Shown: in pieces, positions 9,746-17,908 of the stretch
Layout of the letters: each line of letters begins with the position of its first letter
Numbering within the stretch: the first letter of the stretch is position 1
Origin: a virus
Lineage: Duplodnaviria > Caudoviricetes
IMG/VR virus record: IMGVR_UViG_3300037188_000033
Span: 1 to 39,129 of that record
DNA length: 39,129 nt
Reading direction: 5' to 3' (one strand)
Made by a program: the position numbers and the translations under genes
Notes under the pieces: model-generated
Database searches by the model: none
Told to the model about the DNA's origin: nothing
The model's input: only the letters and a program-made list of their open reading frames with translations

Positions 9746-9977
9746 TTGTGATGCCGTATTTATCTTCAAGCTTAACTAACGCAACTGTTCGCATACATAT
9801 TTCTAATTGCTTTAAATCTTCTTCGCTTTTAATAATCTTCTCGCTTATTATCTTGTTCAATACAATGGCACGCATTACAACTTCAGCTGAGAAAAGATGT
9901 TTTACATATATTATTTTCTGAACTTCGGTTCTATCTTTATCTAATTCGTCTAATTTTTCCACTATTTCTGCTCTCAT
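9738..9977 (-). CDS. Hypothetical protein
   Basis: 79 aa ORF coupled between terS and terL. Confidence 0.55.
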   Translation of the reverse strand: MRAEIVEKLDELDKDRTEVQKIIYVKHLFSAEVVMRAIVLNKIISEKIIKSEEDLKQLEICMRTVALVKLEDKYGITNE

Positions 9978-10315
9978 TTGTCCAGCTCCTTAAGCGCGTC
10001 TTCATGCGTAATGTTAATGACATCTGCTTCCTTACCAAAATTACGGTCAAAGACTTCTTGAATAGCTTTAATGTTACCCTTCTGTGCTTGCGATAATAGC
10101 GACAAAATAATGCCGTCTAATACCGATTTGTCTTGAATTGAACCGTCGGGCATTTTCATTTTGATATCAAGCTCTAGGTATTTTCTCATTCTGTCTTTAA
10201 GCGATAGAGCACCCAGTGGTCGGCCCGCACCTGGTGGGCAAAAGCCTTTCTTCCATTTGGTAGGCTCTAATGCCGCCTTGCTATTTGGGTTAGTTCCCTT
10301 ACCCTTAGTTTTCAC
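9974..10315 (-). CDS. terS: Terminase small subunit
   Basis: WKKG..P..GRP.G N-terminus and AQKGNIKAIQEVFDRNFGK motif; lies upstream of terL. Confidence 0.75.
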   Translation of the reverse strand: MKTKGKGTNPNSKAALEPTKWKKGFCPPGAGRPLGALSLKDRMRKYLELDIKMKMPDGSIQDKSVLDGIILSLLSQAQKGNIKAIQEVFDRNFGKEADVINITHEDALKELDK

Positions 10316-10329
10316 CGTTCTATCTCCCT

Positions 10330-11481
10330 TTATTGATTAGTTAACTTAGCTTTTTCACCTGTCAGTTTTTCCCAGCGAGCGATTATCACATCGCAATAAT
10401 GAGGTGATAGCTCCATCATGAAACATTTACGCTTTGATTTCTCACAGGCCATGAGTGTTGAACCAGAGCCGCCAAATAAATCCAAAATGGTTTTAGCGTC
10501 TTTGCCGTATTCTTTTAGGCACCATAGGGCTAGCTCTATGGGTTTTTGGGTGGGATGGACTCGCTTTTGGTCGTGCTCTGAAGCTTTTATCATCCCATTC
10601 CACATATGTTTAAATATTCGCGTGGCCCTATCTTGATTAGTCCAGGCTAATTCGCAATCAGCGAAATCACCAGTATTCTCTTTATCCCAAACTATCCACC
10701 CTTGTGAATTCGGTAATGCGCTTGCATAATAGTTACCACCCCAGAAAACTAAAATCGATATATTTAAAGTTGAACAAAGATTATAAGAATCGACTGCAGT
10801 TTGAGTGCTATCATCACCTATTATTTTCGCATAAGTATTACATTTAGCTATTTTACCGCCGCCAATTTTATTATTTTTAACAATATTAACCCCATATGGA
10901 GGATCGGTATAAACCATATCAACGATATTTCCGTCAATAAGCCTTTCAACATCAGTAATCGCAACAGAATCCCCACACATCAATCTATGTTCGCCTAACA
11001 GCCATATATCACCTAGCTTTGTAGTTGGCTCATCTGGGATCTCGGGGATCTCATTATCTGATTCTTCAACTTCAATCTCCATATCCTCTTCTACTAATTG
11101 CAACCAATCCGTAGGCATTCCCCATTCAATCAATTGTGATGGGTCAAATAGATTAGCAAGCATGTCAAAATCGAATGCACCATATGGCAAGTTGTCTCTT
11201 ATATTTATGCGGTCAAAATCATCGCCTTCCAATAATCTATCAGGAACTAAAACATCTATTTCATCGTTTTCTTTATAGCCGGATTTTAATAATGCTTTCT
11301 TACGCGCATGGCCACCAATGATTGTTCCATCTTGGTTTATCAATAGACGTTGATGATAGCCATCGCTCATTAGGCTATCTACCAATTTACCAAACTCTTC
11401 TTTGCCCATCTTGCGTGGGTTATTATCATAGTCCTTTAGGTCTTTAAGCTTTCTTTTTTCGCTTATCCATTTTAGTGTCAT
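10330..11481 (-). CDS. ParB-like N-terminal domain fused to an N6A/N4C DNA methyltransferase
   Basis: LKDYDNNPR and IIGGHAR (ParB/Srx-like), GDIWLLGEHRLMCGDS, DPPY, HPTQKP, DLFGGSGST. Confidence 0.9.
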   Translation of the reverse strand: MTLKWISEKRKLKDLKDYDNNPRKMGKEEFGKLVDSLMSDGYHQRLLINQDGTIIGGHARKKALLKSGYKENDEIDVLVPDRLLEGDDFDRINIRDNLPYGAFDFDMLANLFDPSQLIEWGMPTDWLQLVEEDMEIEVEESDNEIPEIPDEPTTKLGDIWLLGEHRLMCGDSVAITDVERLIDGNIVDMVYTDPPYGVNIVKNNKIGGGKIAKCNTYAKIIGDDSTQTAVDSYNLCSTLNISILVFWGGNYYASALPNSQGWIVWDKENTGDFADCELAWTNQDRATRIFKHMWNGMIKASEHDQKRVHPTQKPIELALWCLKEYGKDAKTILDLFGGSGSTLMACEKSKRKCFMMELSPHYCDVIIARWEKLTGEKAKLTNQ

Positions 11482-11701
11482 GTTTAGTAACTTCCTTTGT
11501 AATGCTTGCCACTAAATCTTCAGTATTTGTAGTTCTTACCGTTTCTGTGAATACTTCGCCTTCTGGTCTATATGTCACAACTGATTTAGGCTCATCAATC
11601 TCAATATGCCCTTTACCTTTACAAGCATCACACTCGCCCATAATATTTCCAAGTTTTCTAATTTCTTTATAGCCATGACAGGCTAGGCAGCGTTTTTTCA
11701 T
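11444..11701 (-). CDS. Small DnaJ-type zinc-finger protein
   Basis: CLACHG...CDACKGKG; GAGG RBS. Confidence 0.7.
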   Translation of the reverse strand: MKKRCLACHGYKEIRKLGNIMGECDACKGKGHIEIDEPKSVVTYRPEGEVFTETVRTTNTEDLVASITKEVTKHDTKMDKRKKKA

Positions 11702-11771
11702 GTGTATATTCCTCTGTGTATCTACATCTAAACCTAGGTCTAGTTTTAAAATAAATCAAATTAAATCGATC

Positions 11772-11806
11772 TACGTGTTGACAATTGATACACGTATTGA
11801 TATTAT
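11772..11806 (+). promoter_or_regulatory. sigma70 promoter with overlapping palindromic operator
   Basis: TTGACA(11778)-N17-TATTAT(11801); inverted repeat TACGTGT-N11-ACACGTA at 11772-11796. Confidence 0.75.
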
Positions 11807-11832
11807 GGTTTACAACTTAATAGGAGATGAAC

Positions 11833-12006
11833 ATGAGAAATACCAAGCTATATGATGCCCAATTGCACGTTAAGGTTTCCAAGGATATGCAACATAAATT
11901 GGAATTGATTGCCACGAAGAGAAATATCACTTCTAGCCAAATAGTTCGTACACTTATTTATGATATAATCAACGACGAATTCCAAGAATATGCACGGGGA
12001 GATTAA
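11833..12006 (+). CDS. Ribbon-helix-helix (CopG/Arc-like) regulator, 57 aa
   Basis: MRNTKLYDAQLHVKVSKDMQHKLELIATKRNITSSQIVRTLIYD..., with AGGAG RBS. Below the ORF-track cutoff. Confidence 0.75.
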   Translation: MRNTKLYDAQLHVKVSKDMQHKLELIATKRNITSSQIVRTLIYDIINDEFQEYARGD

Positions 12007-12009
12007 TAT

Positions 12010-12291
12010 ATGAGTCATTCAGATATATTGAATTTATATAAAGACTATCAAACTAAAGGTTTCACAGAACAACAGGCAATGGCTTTAATTCAGAGTTTGG
12101 ATATAAATACTTTAGATTTCGTCACTAAATCAGAATTGCATTATGAAATGGGTGAATTTAAAGCAGAAATGAGAACAGACTTCCAATTATTAAGACAAGA
12201 ATTTAAGGGTCTACGTTGGTTAGTAATAGGAGGAGGAAGTGCAATATGGGTCACAATAATGGTTCCAAAAATAATATCTTGGTTCTCATAA
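12010..12291 (+). CDS. DUF1640/CCDC90-like coiled-coil protein with C-terminal membrane anchor
   Basis: D.L.LY......GFTEQQA head, FVTKSEL neck, coiled coil and C-terminal TM. Confidence 0.75.
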   Translation: MSHSDILNLYKDYQTKGFTEQQAMALIQSLDINTLDFVTKSELHYEMGEFKAEMRTDFQLLRQEFKGLRWLVIGGGSAIWVTIMVPKIISWFS

Positions 12292-12384
12292 ATGACCTCG
12301 ATGGATTTATTAATATTAAAGATAATAGAATATTTTTGTTATATCGGAATGATAGTGAGCATATATATAATCATTAAAGACTAA
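12292..12384 (+). CDS. Small single-TM peptide (30 aa)
   Basis: MTSMDLLILKIIEYFCYIGMIVSIYIIIKD*, directly after the upstream stop. Confidence 0.4.
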   Translation: MTSMDLLILKIIEYFCYIGMIVSIYIIIKD

Positions 12385-12467
12385 GTTAGCTTCTATTCCA
12401 AATAATTGCTTTTCATTAGCCTACTACCTATACGTTAAATATGTTTAAAAACGTAGAGGGTCCCATT

Positions 12468-13157
12468 ATGAAACGCATATTACTTTTAACTTTATTTGCA
12501 TTATTGAGTACTTCTTTAAGAGCTGAAGATGTTGTTGAACCATTTCATCCATATGCGGGTGTTAATATCACATCTCGCCATATGTCGTATAAGGAAGGTT
12601 TTGGCGATAATCTATTCGCTTCCCAAACTGCCCAACATCATGCTTTTGTCGGTTTAAGAATGAATCAAAATTTTGGTGTTGAAATCGGTTACAATACTAC
12701 TCCCACTAGAGTTCGCATTACCCATCTGAGTGCTGGCGATGCAGGTTTAGGTATTCCAGTTCAGAATGCCCCTGAAAAGCATATGGCCAAACATAAGATT
12801 TCTAGTTGGCATCTAGGTCCAATGTGGTTTATGCCAATTACTGAGTATTTAGAATGGGTTGGCATGACTGGTGTTTCATTTACAAAGGTCAAGCATGACC
12901 ATGTCATCTTGGCTGATAATTTGGGGCCTTTAGACTTCGCCTCAAGTACTCGTCGATTCAGAAAGAATCAAGCCGTGCTAAAACTCTCTGGTGGTCTACA
13001 ATTACTTACCGATAATGGTGGAATTAGGGCAATGGCTCACTATGAGAACACTCGTTCTATTGGCACTCTGCGGCCTTCTGATAATGCGATTAGCAATAAA
13101 AGACTTACCTTTCGAGACACAATCTCGTTTGGGCTTGGCGCATTTGCTACATATTAG
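12468..13157 (+). CDS. Outer-membrane beta-barrel protein (OmpA-like TM domain)
   Basis: Signal peptide MKRILLLTLFALLSTSLRA, PYAG, FVGLRMNQNFGVEIGY, GGLQ and C-terminal beta-signal FGLGAFATY. Confidence 0.8.
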   Translation: MKRILLLTLFALLSTSLRAEDVVEPFHPYAGVNITSRHMSYKEGFGDNLFASQTAQHHAFVGLRMNQNFGVEIGYNTTPTRVRITHLSAGDAGLGIPVQNAPEKHMAKHKISSWHLGPMWFMPITEYLEWVGMTGVSFTKVKHDHVILADNLGPLDFASSTRRFRKNQAVLKLSGGLQLLTDNGGIRAMAHYENTRSIGTLRPSDNAISNKRLTFRDTISFGLGAFATY

Positions 13158-13672
13158 TCTCGTTGACGAGAATGCCGACGGGCGTGCTCAGCACGCTCGT
13201 AAGCTTGCAGTAAATGCGGAGCGGCAACAATAGCTTTGGGTGATAGTGCTTTAGGTTTAGGAGCTTTAGGGGATGGTGTCTGAGGTCTGGATATTAGCAT
13301 TGGTGATAATGGGATTTGTGGCAGGATTACTTGCTGCCTGGATTTCAGGATCCTAATTTCTTCTTCTAAAGCTTCCTTTTCTCTTTCTAAAGTACCAATC
13401 TTTTCCCTTTCTCTAAGAATTATTCCAGCTTGATTACGAGTCACAGCTTCCAATACATCTGTTCTTGACCTAAGCATAGTGCAGCTCTGTCTTCTTGACT
13501 CTAAACTTTGTTGAAGAACTTTATTTTCTTCTTTAAGAGTTTCAATAATAGGAATTAGTTCACCCTTAATCCTTGTTGTTATCTCTTCCGACATATGTTT
13601 GATTTGAGATTGGGTGAGCCATTCGTCATCATCTGGTAATAGTTCTGATACTGTTAGTGAGGGAGTTGACAT
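13154..13672 (-). CDS. Coiled-coil protein with Pro/Ser-rich, Arg-rich C-terminus
   Basis: 172 aa with AGGAG RBS and an upstream CTATAAT. Confidence 0.65.
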   Translation of the reverse strand: MSTPSLTVSELLPDDDEWLTQSQIKHMSEEITTRIKGELIPIIETLKEENKVLQQSLESRRQSCTMLRSRTDVLEAVTRNQAGIILREREKIGTLEREKEALEEEIRILKSRQQVILPQIPLSPMLISRPQTPSPKAPKPKALSPKAIVAAPHLLQAYERAEHARRHSRQRD

Positions 13673-13713
13673 GATATGCTCTCCTATATGGGCTTATTAT
13701 GATTATAGCTTAA

Positions 13714-13902
13714 TTAATGATTAGATTTTTCACCCTGAACCTCTTTTAATACCTTCTCTACTGCTTGCAAATAAATTCTATCCAACAAAAACGAAAACTG
13801 TTCATCATCTAAATCTGAGATTCGTTTCATTTTATACATAAAATCTTCTGGTTCAGCTTCTTGAAGTTCCGCAAACGTTAATTCATTTTCAGTGTGCTGC
13901 AT
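13714..13902 (-). CDS. Small acidic hypothetical protein
   Basis: 62 aa ORF in a run of overlapping genes. Confidence 0.55.
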   Translation of the reverse strand: MQHTENELTFAELQEAEPEDFMYKMKRISDLDDEQFSFLLDRIYLQAVEKVLKEVQGEKSNH

Positions 13903-14137
13903 CTTTTTTATTACCTTTTGTCATTTTGTTCAATTCTATAATAAATGCGTTTTTCAAATCTTCTTTACTCTCCGGAGATAAAGGGTCAAATAAGCTACTC
14001 ATTAGAGTACAAAGGGCATTAAAAACAAGTAAGCTATTTTTTCCAAGAAAAAGTTCGGACACTTTTTTGGCTAGTTCATAAGCTTCCTCAGCTAATCTTT
14101 TTTTTTGTTCGAGGATCAATTCAAAATTATTCTGCAT
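13889..14137 (-). CDS. Small helical protein (putative paralogue family)
   Basis: 82 aa with GGAGG RBS; ELFLG-KNSLLVFNALCTLM. Confidence 0.65.
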   Translation of the reverse strand: MQNNFELILEQKKRLAEEAYELAKKVSELFLGKNSLLVFNALCTLMSSLFDPLSPESKEDLKNAFIIELNKMTKGNKKDAAH

Positions 14138-14364
14138 TCATTGTCCTCCAACTTCTTAACGCTCTCTTGAAATATCTTATGTTGCGCTTTAAAATATTCT
14201 TCCACAAAAGCTTTAGCTGTACCTTTATTTTTTGCCTGCTTATAAAAACTAACTAGAGCCTCGTTTAAGGTATATCCTAATAGTTGAGATACATCATCTG
14301 TTGTTAACCCTTGCAAAGCCAAGATTAATTTATTTATTACAATCTGGTGTTTTTCTTTATCCAT
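14116..14364 (-). CDS. Small helical protein (putative paralogue family)
   Basis: 82 aa; LALQG-LTTDDVSQLLGYTL. Confidence 0.6.
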   Translation of the reverse strand: MDKEKHQIVINKLILALQGLTTDDVSQLLGYTLNEALVSFYKQAKNKGTAKAFVEEYFKAQHKIFQESVKKLEDNECRIILN

Positions 14365-14584
14365 CTTTATGTCTTCTCCTAATATCTTTTAATATATCTT
14401 CAAATGAAGTAATATAAATTTCATCTTCATTAACTATAAATAGTTCAATTAAGTTACAAATAAATGCAAACGTCAAAACATTAGTTTCACCAAGCAACAA
14501 TTTATTCCAAACCTCATTAGCCATTTGCTCGGCTTGTGTTTCACATTCAATCAATTGTTTTATGGATAAATCTGATATTTTCAT
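14357..14584 (-). CDS. Small helical protein (putative paralogue family)
   Basis: 75 aa coupled (ATGA) to recT; KLLLG-ETNVLTFAFICNLI. Confidence 0.6.
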   Translation of the reverse strand: MKISDLSIKQLIECETQAEQMANEVWNKLLLGETNVLTFAFICNLIELFIVNEDEIYITSFEDILKDIRRRHKDG

Positions 14585-15471
14585 TCTTCAACCTCAAAGA
14601 ACTCTTTAGCTAATGGCGTCATCTCTGTTTCATGAAGTATCTTGTTGGTATCTAATTCTTCAGCTTTCTTACGCTTAGATATCTTCATCTTTAGCAATTT
14701 GCATACTCCTTCCCATTTAGATTCTGGCATCATTTCTAGGCAATCTATCTTAAGATAATGAAGCAAGTCATCTTCCTGTGAATCAATCTTTGTATCTTCA
14801 ATTAACGCCTTGAGAATACTTAATTCATCATCGGATATCAATAAGTCTTCAGAGATTATTTTACCCTCAAAAGTGTTGCCCGTTGTCTTACTGTAATCTT
14901 TACGCCTAACTTTATCTTTGGGCATATCTTCAGCTTCTTCGCATGTAATGATACCCCGCAATAAATCTGGATATGCATCTCTCAAGCAAAAGCCTCTAGC
15001 TCTCATTTGAAGCATTCGACGCGGATATTGTGCCCATGGTCCCTGTTTGCCCCAAAGACCTGCAAGCTTTGCATCGGCTTCAGAGAATGATTGCTCAAAT
15101 TCTGGTTCAAACTTACGCTTAACTCTGCATATGTAAGTCTTAGAGTCTTTTAGATATTCTTCCTTAATGTATTCAAAGTCAGGAGATTGACGAGCTACCG
15201 CTAACATTGCATCGCCCCAAAGAGATGGCCTGCCATTTATGACTGCAATATTTTGAAGAGCTTGTAATGGCTTAAGCCCAAGCTCTTGACCCATCTGCAT
15301 GGCTACAACGACATCCCCTGGCTTGCCAACCATTCCCTTTGGGCAGAATGACGACTTAGCGATGAATTCAGCGCATCGTATGGCAGAGTCAAGTGTATCT
15401 ACCTGCATGAATCCAGGATTGCTGGGCATGATGCGACGGTCTGGTCTGATTTCTGTTTCTTCAGCGCTCAT
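14581..15471 (-). CDS. recT: RecT/Redbeta-family single-strand annealing protein
   Basis: GKPGDVVVAMQMGQELGLKPLQALQNIAVINGRPSLWGD...AKLAGLWGKQGPWAQYPRRML..RA..FCLRDAYPD.L.G. Confidence 0.85.
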   Translation of the reverse strand: MSAEETEIRPDRRIMPSNPGFMQVDTLDSAIRCAEFIAKSSFCPKGMVGKPGDVVVAMQMGQELGLKPLQALQNIAVINGRPSLWGDAMLAVARQSPDFEYIKEEYLKDSKTYICRVKRKFEPEFEQSFSEADAKLAGLWGKQGPWAQYPRRMLQMRARGFCLRDAYPDLLRGIITCEEAEDMPKDKVRRKDYSKTTGNTFEGKIISEDLLISDDELSILKALIEDTKIDSQEDDLLHYLKIDCLEMMPESKWEGVCKLLKMKISKRKKAEELDTNKILHETEMTPLAKEFFEVEE

Positions 15472-16307
15472 TAAGTTGACTCCTCTTCTTTACTAAATGC
15501 CCAAGCTGGCAGACTAATCTTCTGTACGTCTTCAGTATATCCAGGCCATTCATTATTCTTTATACATTCGGCATAAAGGATGGCTGAATCTAGATATTCT
15601 TCGCGACCTTGTGATAAAGACATTTCATCTAGTTCAAAGCAAGCTGTCAAATATGGAGCCTTATCTTCAACCACAAAGAATGCGAACTTACGTTGCTTGC
15701 CATCTACAGTTTGAAGACCATCTACTTGCATAGCTGCTTGTCTGTGATATCCAAAGTTATAAATTGATTTACTGAAATTGGAAATAGAGCTTGTTGTTTT
15801 TATTTCCATGACTATTTGGTCATTGAACACATCAGGACGTGCACGCAATGGAGTTTCAAATATACCGCCATTCCAGAATATTGATTGTTCAACTTTAGCT
15901 TCTTTTCTAAACTTACTCCAAATGGAATGTGCCTTAATAGATTCAGACATAAGCTTAATATCTTTCCATTTATCTGCACGTAATATTTCACGACCATTTG
16001 CTTCGGCTTCAGCTTTTGCATAAATCTCTTTGCCAATCTTAGTCGTAAGATTCACCTCTTCTTCCATACAATAGAATGTACTTTCAAACTTTTCTGGTTC
16101 TAATACGAGCATATGCACAGCTCTACCCATCTTATATTTCTCAGCTTCTTTTTTGGCTTCTTTTGGGTCGATCTCACGCTCTTCTATATATTCGTAATGA
16201 TAACGCTTTGGACAATCACGTAATAGTGTAATACCACTAGAACTAATACCTGCAGATGCGTGATATTCATTGATGTCGATATCGCTGTATATGCCCGGTT
16301 GTCTCAT
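15471..16307 (-). CDS. PD-(D/E)XK exonuclease (RecE/Exo VIII C-terminal, DUF3799-like)
   Basis: YH....ISSSG, GRAVH..VLEP, RARPD...EIKT, YHRQAA, FFVVED.APY, WPGY; adjacent to recT. Confidence 0.85.
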   Translation of the reverse strand: MRQPGIYSDIDINEYHASAGISSSGITLLRDCPKRYHYEYIEEREIDPKEAKKEAEKYKMGRAVHMLVLEPEKFESTFYCMEEEVNLTTKIGKEIYAKAEAEANGREILRADKWKDIKLMSESIKAHSIWSKFRKEAKVEQSIFWNGGIFETPLRARPDVFNDQIVMEIKTTSSISNFSKSIYNFGYHRQAAMQVDGLQTVDGKQRKFAFFVVEDKAPYLTACFELDEMSLSQGREEYLDSAILYAECIKNNEWPGYTEDVQKISLPAWAFSKEEEST

Positions 16308-16357
16308 TTTATGGCCCTCTTGTAATGTTGGTGAACTTATGTAACTATAGAAGCCTT

Positions 16358-16386
16358 ACTGTACGACAACGTCCGACACATGTCAA
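16358..16386 (-). promoter_or_regulatory. sigma70 promoter for the recE/recT operon with direct-repeat operator
   Basis: TTGACA-N17-TACAGT; TGTCGGAC/TGTCGTAC repeat at an 11-bp period across the spacer and -10. Confidence 0.7.
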
Positions 16387-16397
16387 GAGGTTTTTTA

Positions 16398-16538
16398 ATG
16401 AAAGATGAAAGATTAGATATAAGAATATCCAAAAAGGTTCATGATGATTTAAAAAAGTCAGCTAAATCAAAAGGTATGGTTACCAGTGCACTTGCACGCT
16501 TTTGGATTGAAGAGAAACTTAAGCGAGAAAAGGATTAG
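16398..16538 (+). CDS. Ribbon-helix-helix regulator, 46 aa
   Basis: MKDERLDIRISKKVHDDLKKSAKSKGMVTSALARFWIEEKL..., with GAGG RBS; divergent from the recET promoter. Confidence 0.75.
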   Translation: MKDERLDIRISKKVHDDLKKSAKSKGMVTSALARFWIEEKLKREKD

Positions 16539-16837
16539 CAGGAAGCTTCGCCTTCATTTCCTTTTAATTTTATATATGACCCAGCTTTAAAACTTCTTAT
16601 AACACCATCCACGGCTATTTCAAATGTTCTAATAAATTGACGTTTATAATCGTGAATATCTTTTAATGTATATTCTTTATTTTTCAGGCATGCTTTATTG
16701 GCCACGAATTGCGAACACATTACCGCTAAAATTGATTCAAAATTATTTGTTGACAGTTCATTAGCCATGATTTCTTTTGATAAAGCTAGGTAATGCTTAA
16801 TTTGTATATCATTTAATAATAAATTTTTCTTATCCAT
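16535..16837 (-). CDS. Small helical hypothetical protein
   Basis: 100 aa with GGAGG RBS. Confidence 0.6.
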   Translation of the reverse strand: MDKKNLLLNDIQIKHYLALSKEIMANELSTNNFESILAVMCSQFVANKACLKNKEYTLKDIHDYKRQFIRTFEIAVDGVIRSFKAGSYIKLKGNEGEASC

Positions 16838-16839
16838 TC

Positions 16840-17106
16840 TTAACCTCCTTTTGTTGGAAATTCACATTTATATTTATCTTGTTCGTTTTTACCAATGATT
16901 TCAAAAACGCGTACCAGGCTTTTAAAAAGGTTTGCTGCAACGAGCTTTCTATCTTCTTCATCTGAGATATGAGATAAGTAGGTCATAACAAGGCTGCCAA
17001 TCAAGTTATTGCAAATTATACAATCCTTACCCTGCATCATTTTTAGCATATCAGGTAGCAATTTATCTATTGCCGCAGATATTTCTTCTTTTTTGTCATA
17101 ATCCAT
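16840..17106 (-). CDS. Small helical protein (putative paralogue family)
   Basis: 88 aa; KMMQG-KDCIICNNLIGSLV. Confidence 0.65.
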   Translation of the reverse strand: MDYDKKEEISAAIDKLLPDMLKMMQGKDCIICNNLIGSLVMTYLSHISDEEDRKLVAANLFKSLVRVFEIIGKNEQDKYKCEFPTKGG

Positions 17107-17366
17107 TAATTTTCTCCCTTATTCCAATTTTCTGCATCCGTAAAGGCTCTTGATATGCTTTTTTTAAAAATATCCGTTAATTCATTTCTTTTCTCAAACG
17201 ACAATCTACTGTCATCTTTTACGCCTAATAAATAAAAATAAACCATCCTACTTAAAGTAATTTGAACGACCATAGTAGGTTGACCATGAAAAATTTTAGA
17301 AATTATATTTATATATTCGTCAATTTTATTAGCTAGTTCTTGTTCTCTTTTTGTAGGTTTCCTCAT
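17106..17366 (-). CDS. Small helical protein (putative paralogue family)
   Basis: 86 aa; KIFHG-QPTMVVQITLSRMV. Confidence 0.65.
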   Translation of the reverse strand: MRKPTKREQELANKIDEYINIISKIFHGQPTMVVQITLSRMVYFYLLGVKDDSRLSFEKRNELTDIFKKSISRAFTDAENWNKGEN

Positions 17367-17566
17367 TAACCCTCTCCACTATCCCTATACAAATCCAACA
17401 GCCTATCCAATTTGGCCCTATTGGCACCGAGGTACGATTTTATAAACAAAGTTAATACAGGTGCCATACCTTCGCCGCGCAAGGCTGTAACGGCTTTAAA
17501 TTCATCCTTCAGTTTAGGAGGAACATCAAGCGGTATTCTAACTCTGGTTCTAGGATAATAGCTCAT
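17366..17566 (-). CDS. RHH/ParG-like regulator, probably leaderless
   Basis: RVRIPLDVPPKLKDEFKAVTALRGEGMAPVLTLFIKSY; only 8 nt separate the ATG from a -10 box. Confidence 0.7.
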   Translation of the reverse strand: MSYYPRTRVRIPLDVPPKLKDEFKAVTALRGEGMAPVLTLFIKSYLGANRAKLDRLLDLYRDSGEG

Positions 17567-17567
17567 A

Positions 17568-17603
17568 GCGTACTAATGTACGCCGAGTGCTTCTTTCTGT
17601 CAA
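17568..17603 (-). promoter_or_regulatory. sigma70 promoter with palindromic operator over the -10
   Basis: TTGACA-N17-TACATT; GCGTAC-N4-GTACGC palindrome at 17568-17583. Confidence 0.75.
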
Positions 17604-17772
17604 GATGTTATCGATTATTTTTTAATAATTATGTTTCCCTCCATTAAGCTTAGTCACAGCCCATGGTTATTGCGTCGCAATTTTGTAAGATATTGTCCAT
17701 TAGTTATGTGAGCAATTAATGTTTGTTTTCTTTCCCATTTGAAGTTATAATATGGACACAATCTCTGTAATT

Positions 17773-17806
17773 GCCCAAGGTTATCCATATTCCTTGGGCT
17801 TTTTTT
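17773..17806 (+). terminator. Rho-independent terminator
   Basis: GCCCAAGG-N11-CCTTGGGC followed by T7. Confidence 0.65.
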
Positions 17807-17908
17807 CGAGCAAACATTATGGATGATGAACCAAAACGAACCCACTATCTGAAAATAGATGTCCAAGTCGGCAGCATTTGGCTTATCAAAATAATTATCG
17901 TTGTTATT

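Noticed and set aside
10330-11481. The ParB-like domain as the partition ParB, or the methylase as part of an R-M system
   Set aside because: ParB-like/MTase fusions next to terS are common orphan phage methylases. No restriction gene is evident, and ParA has its own adjacent partner.
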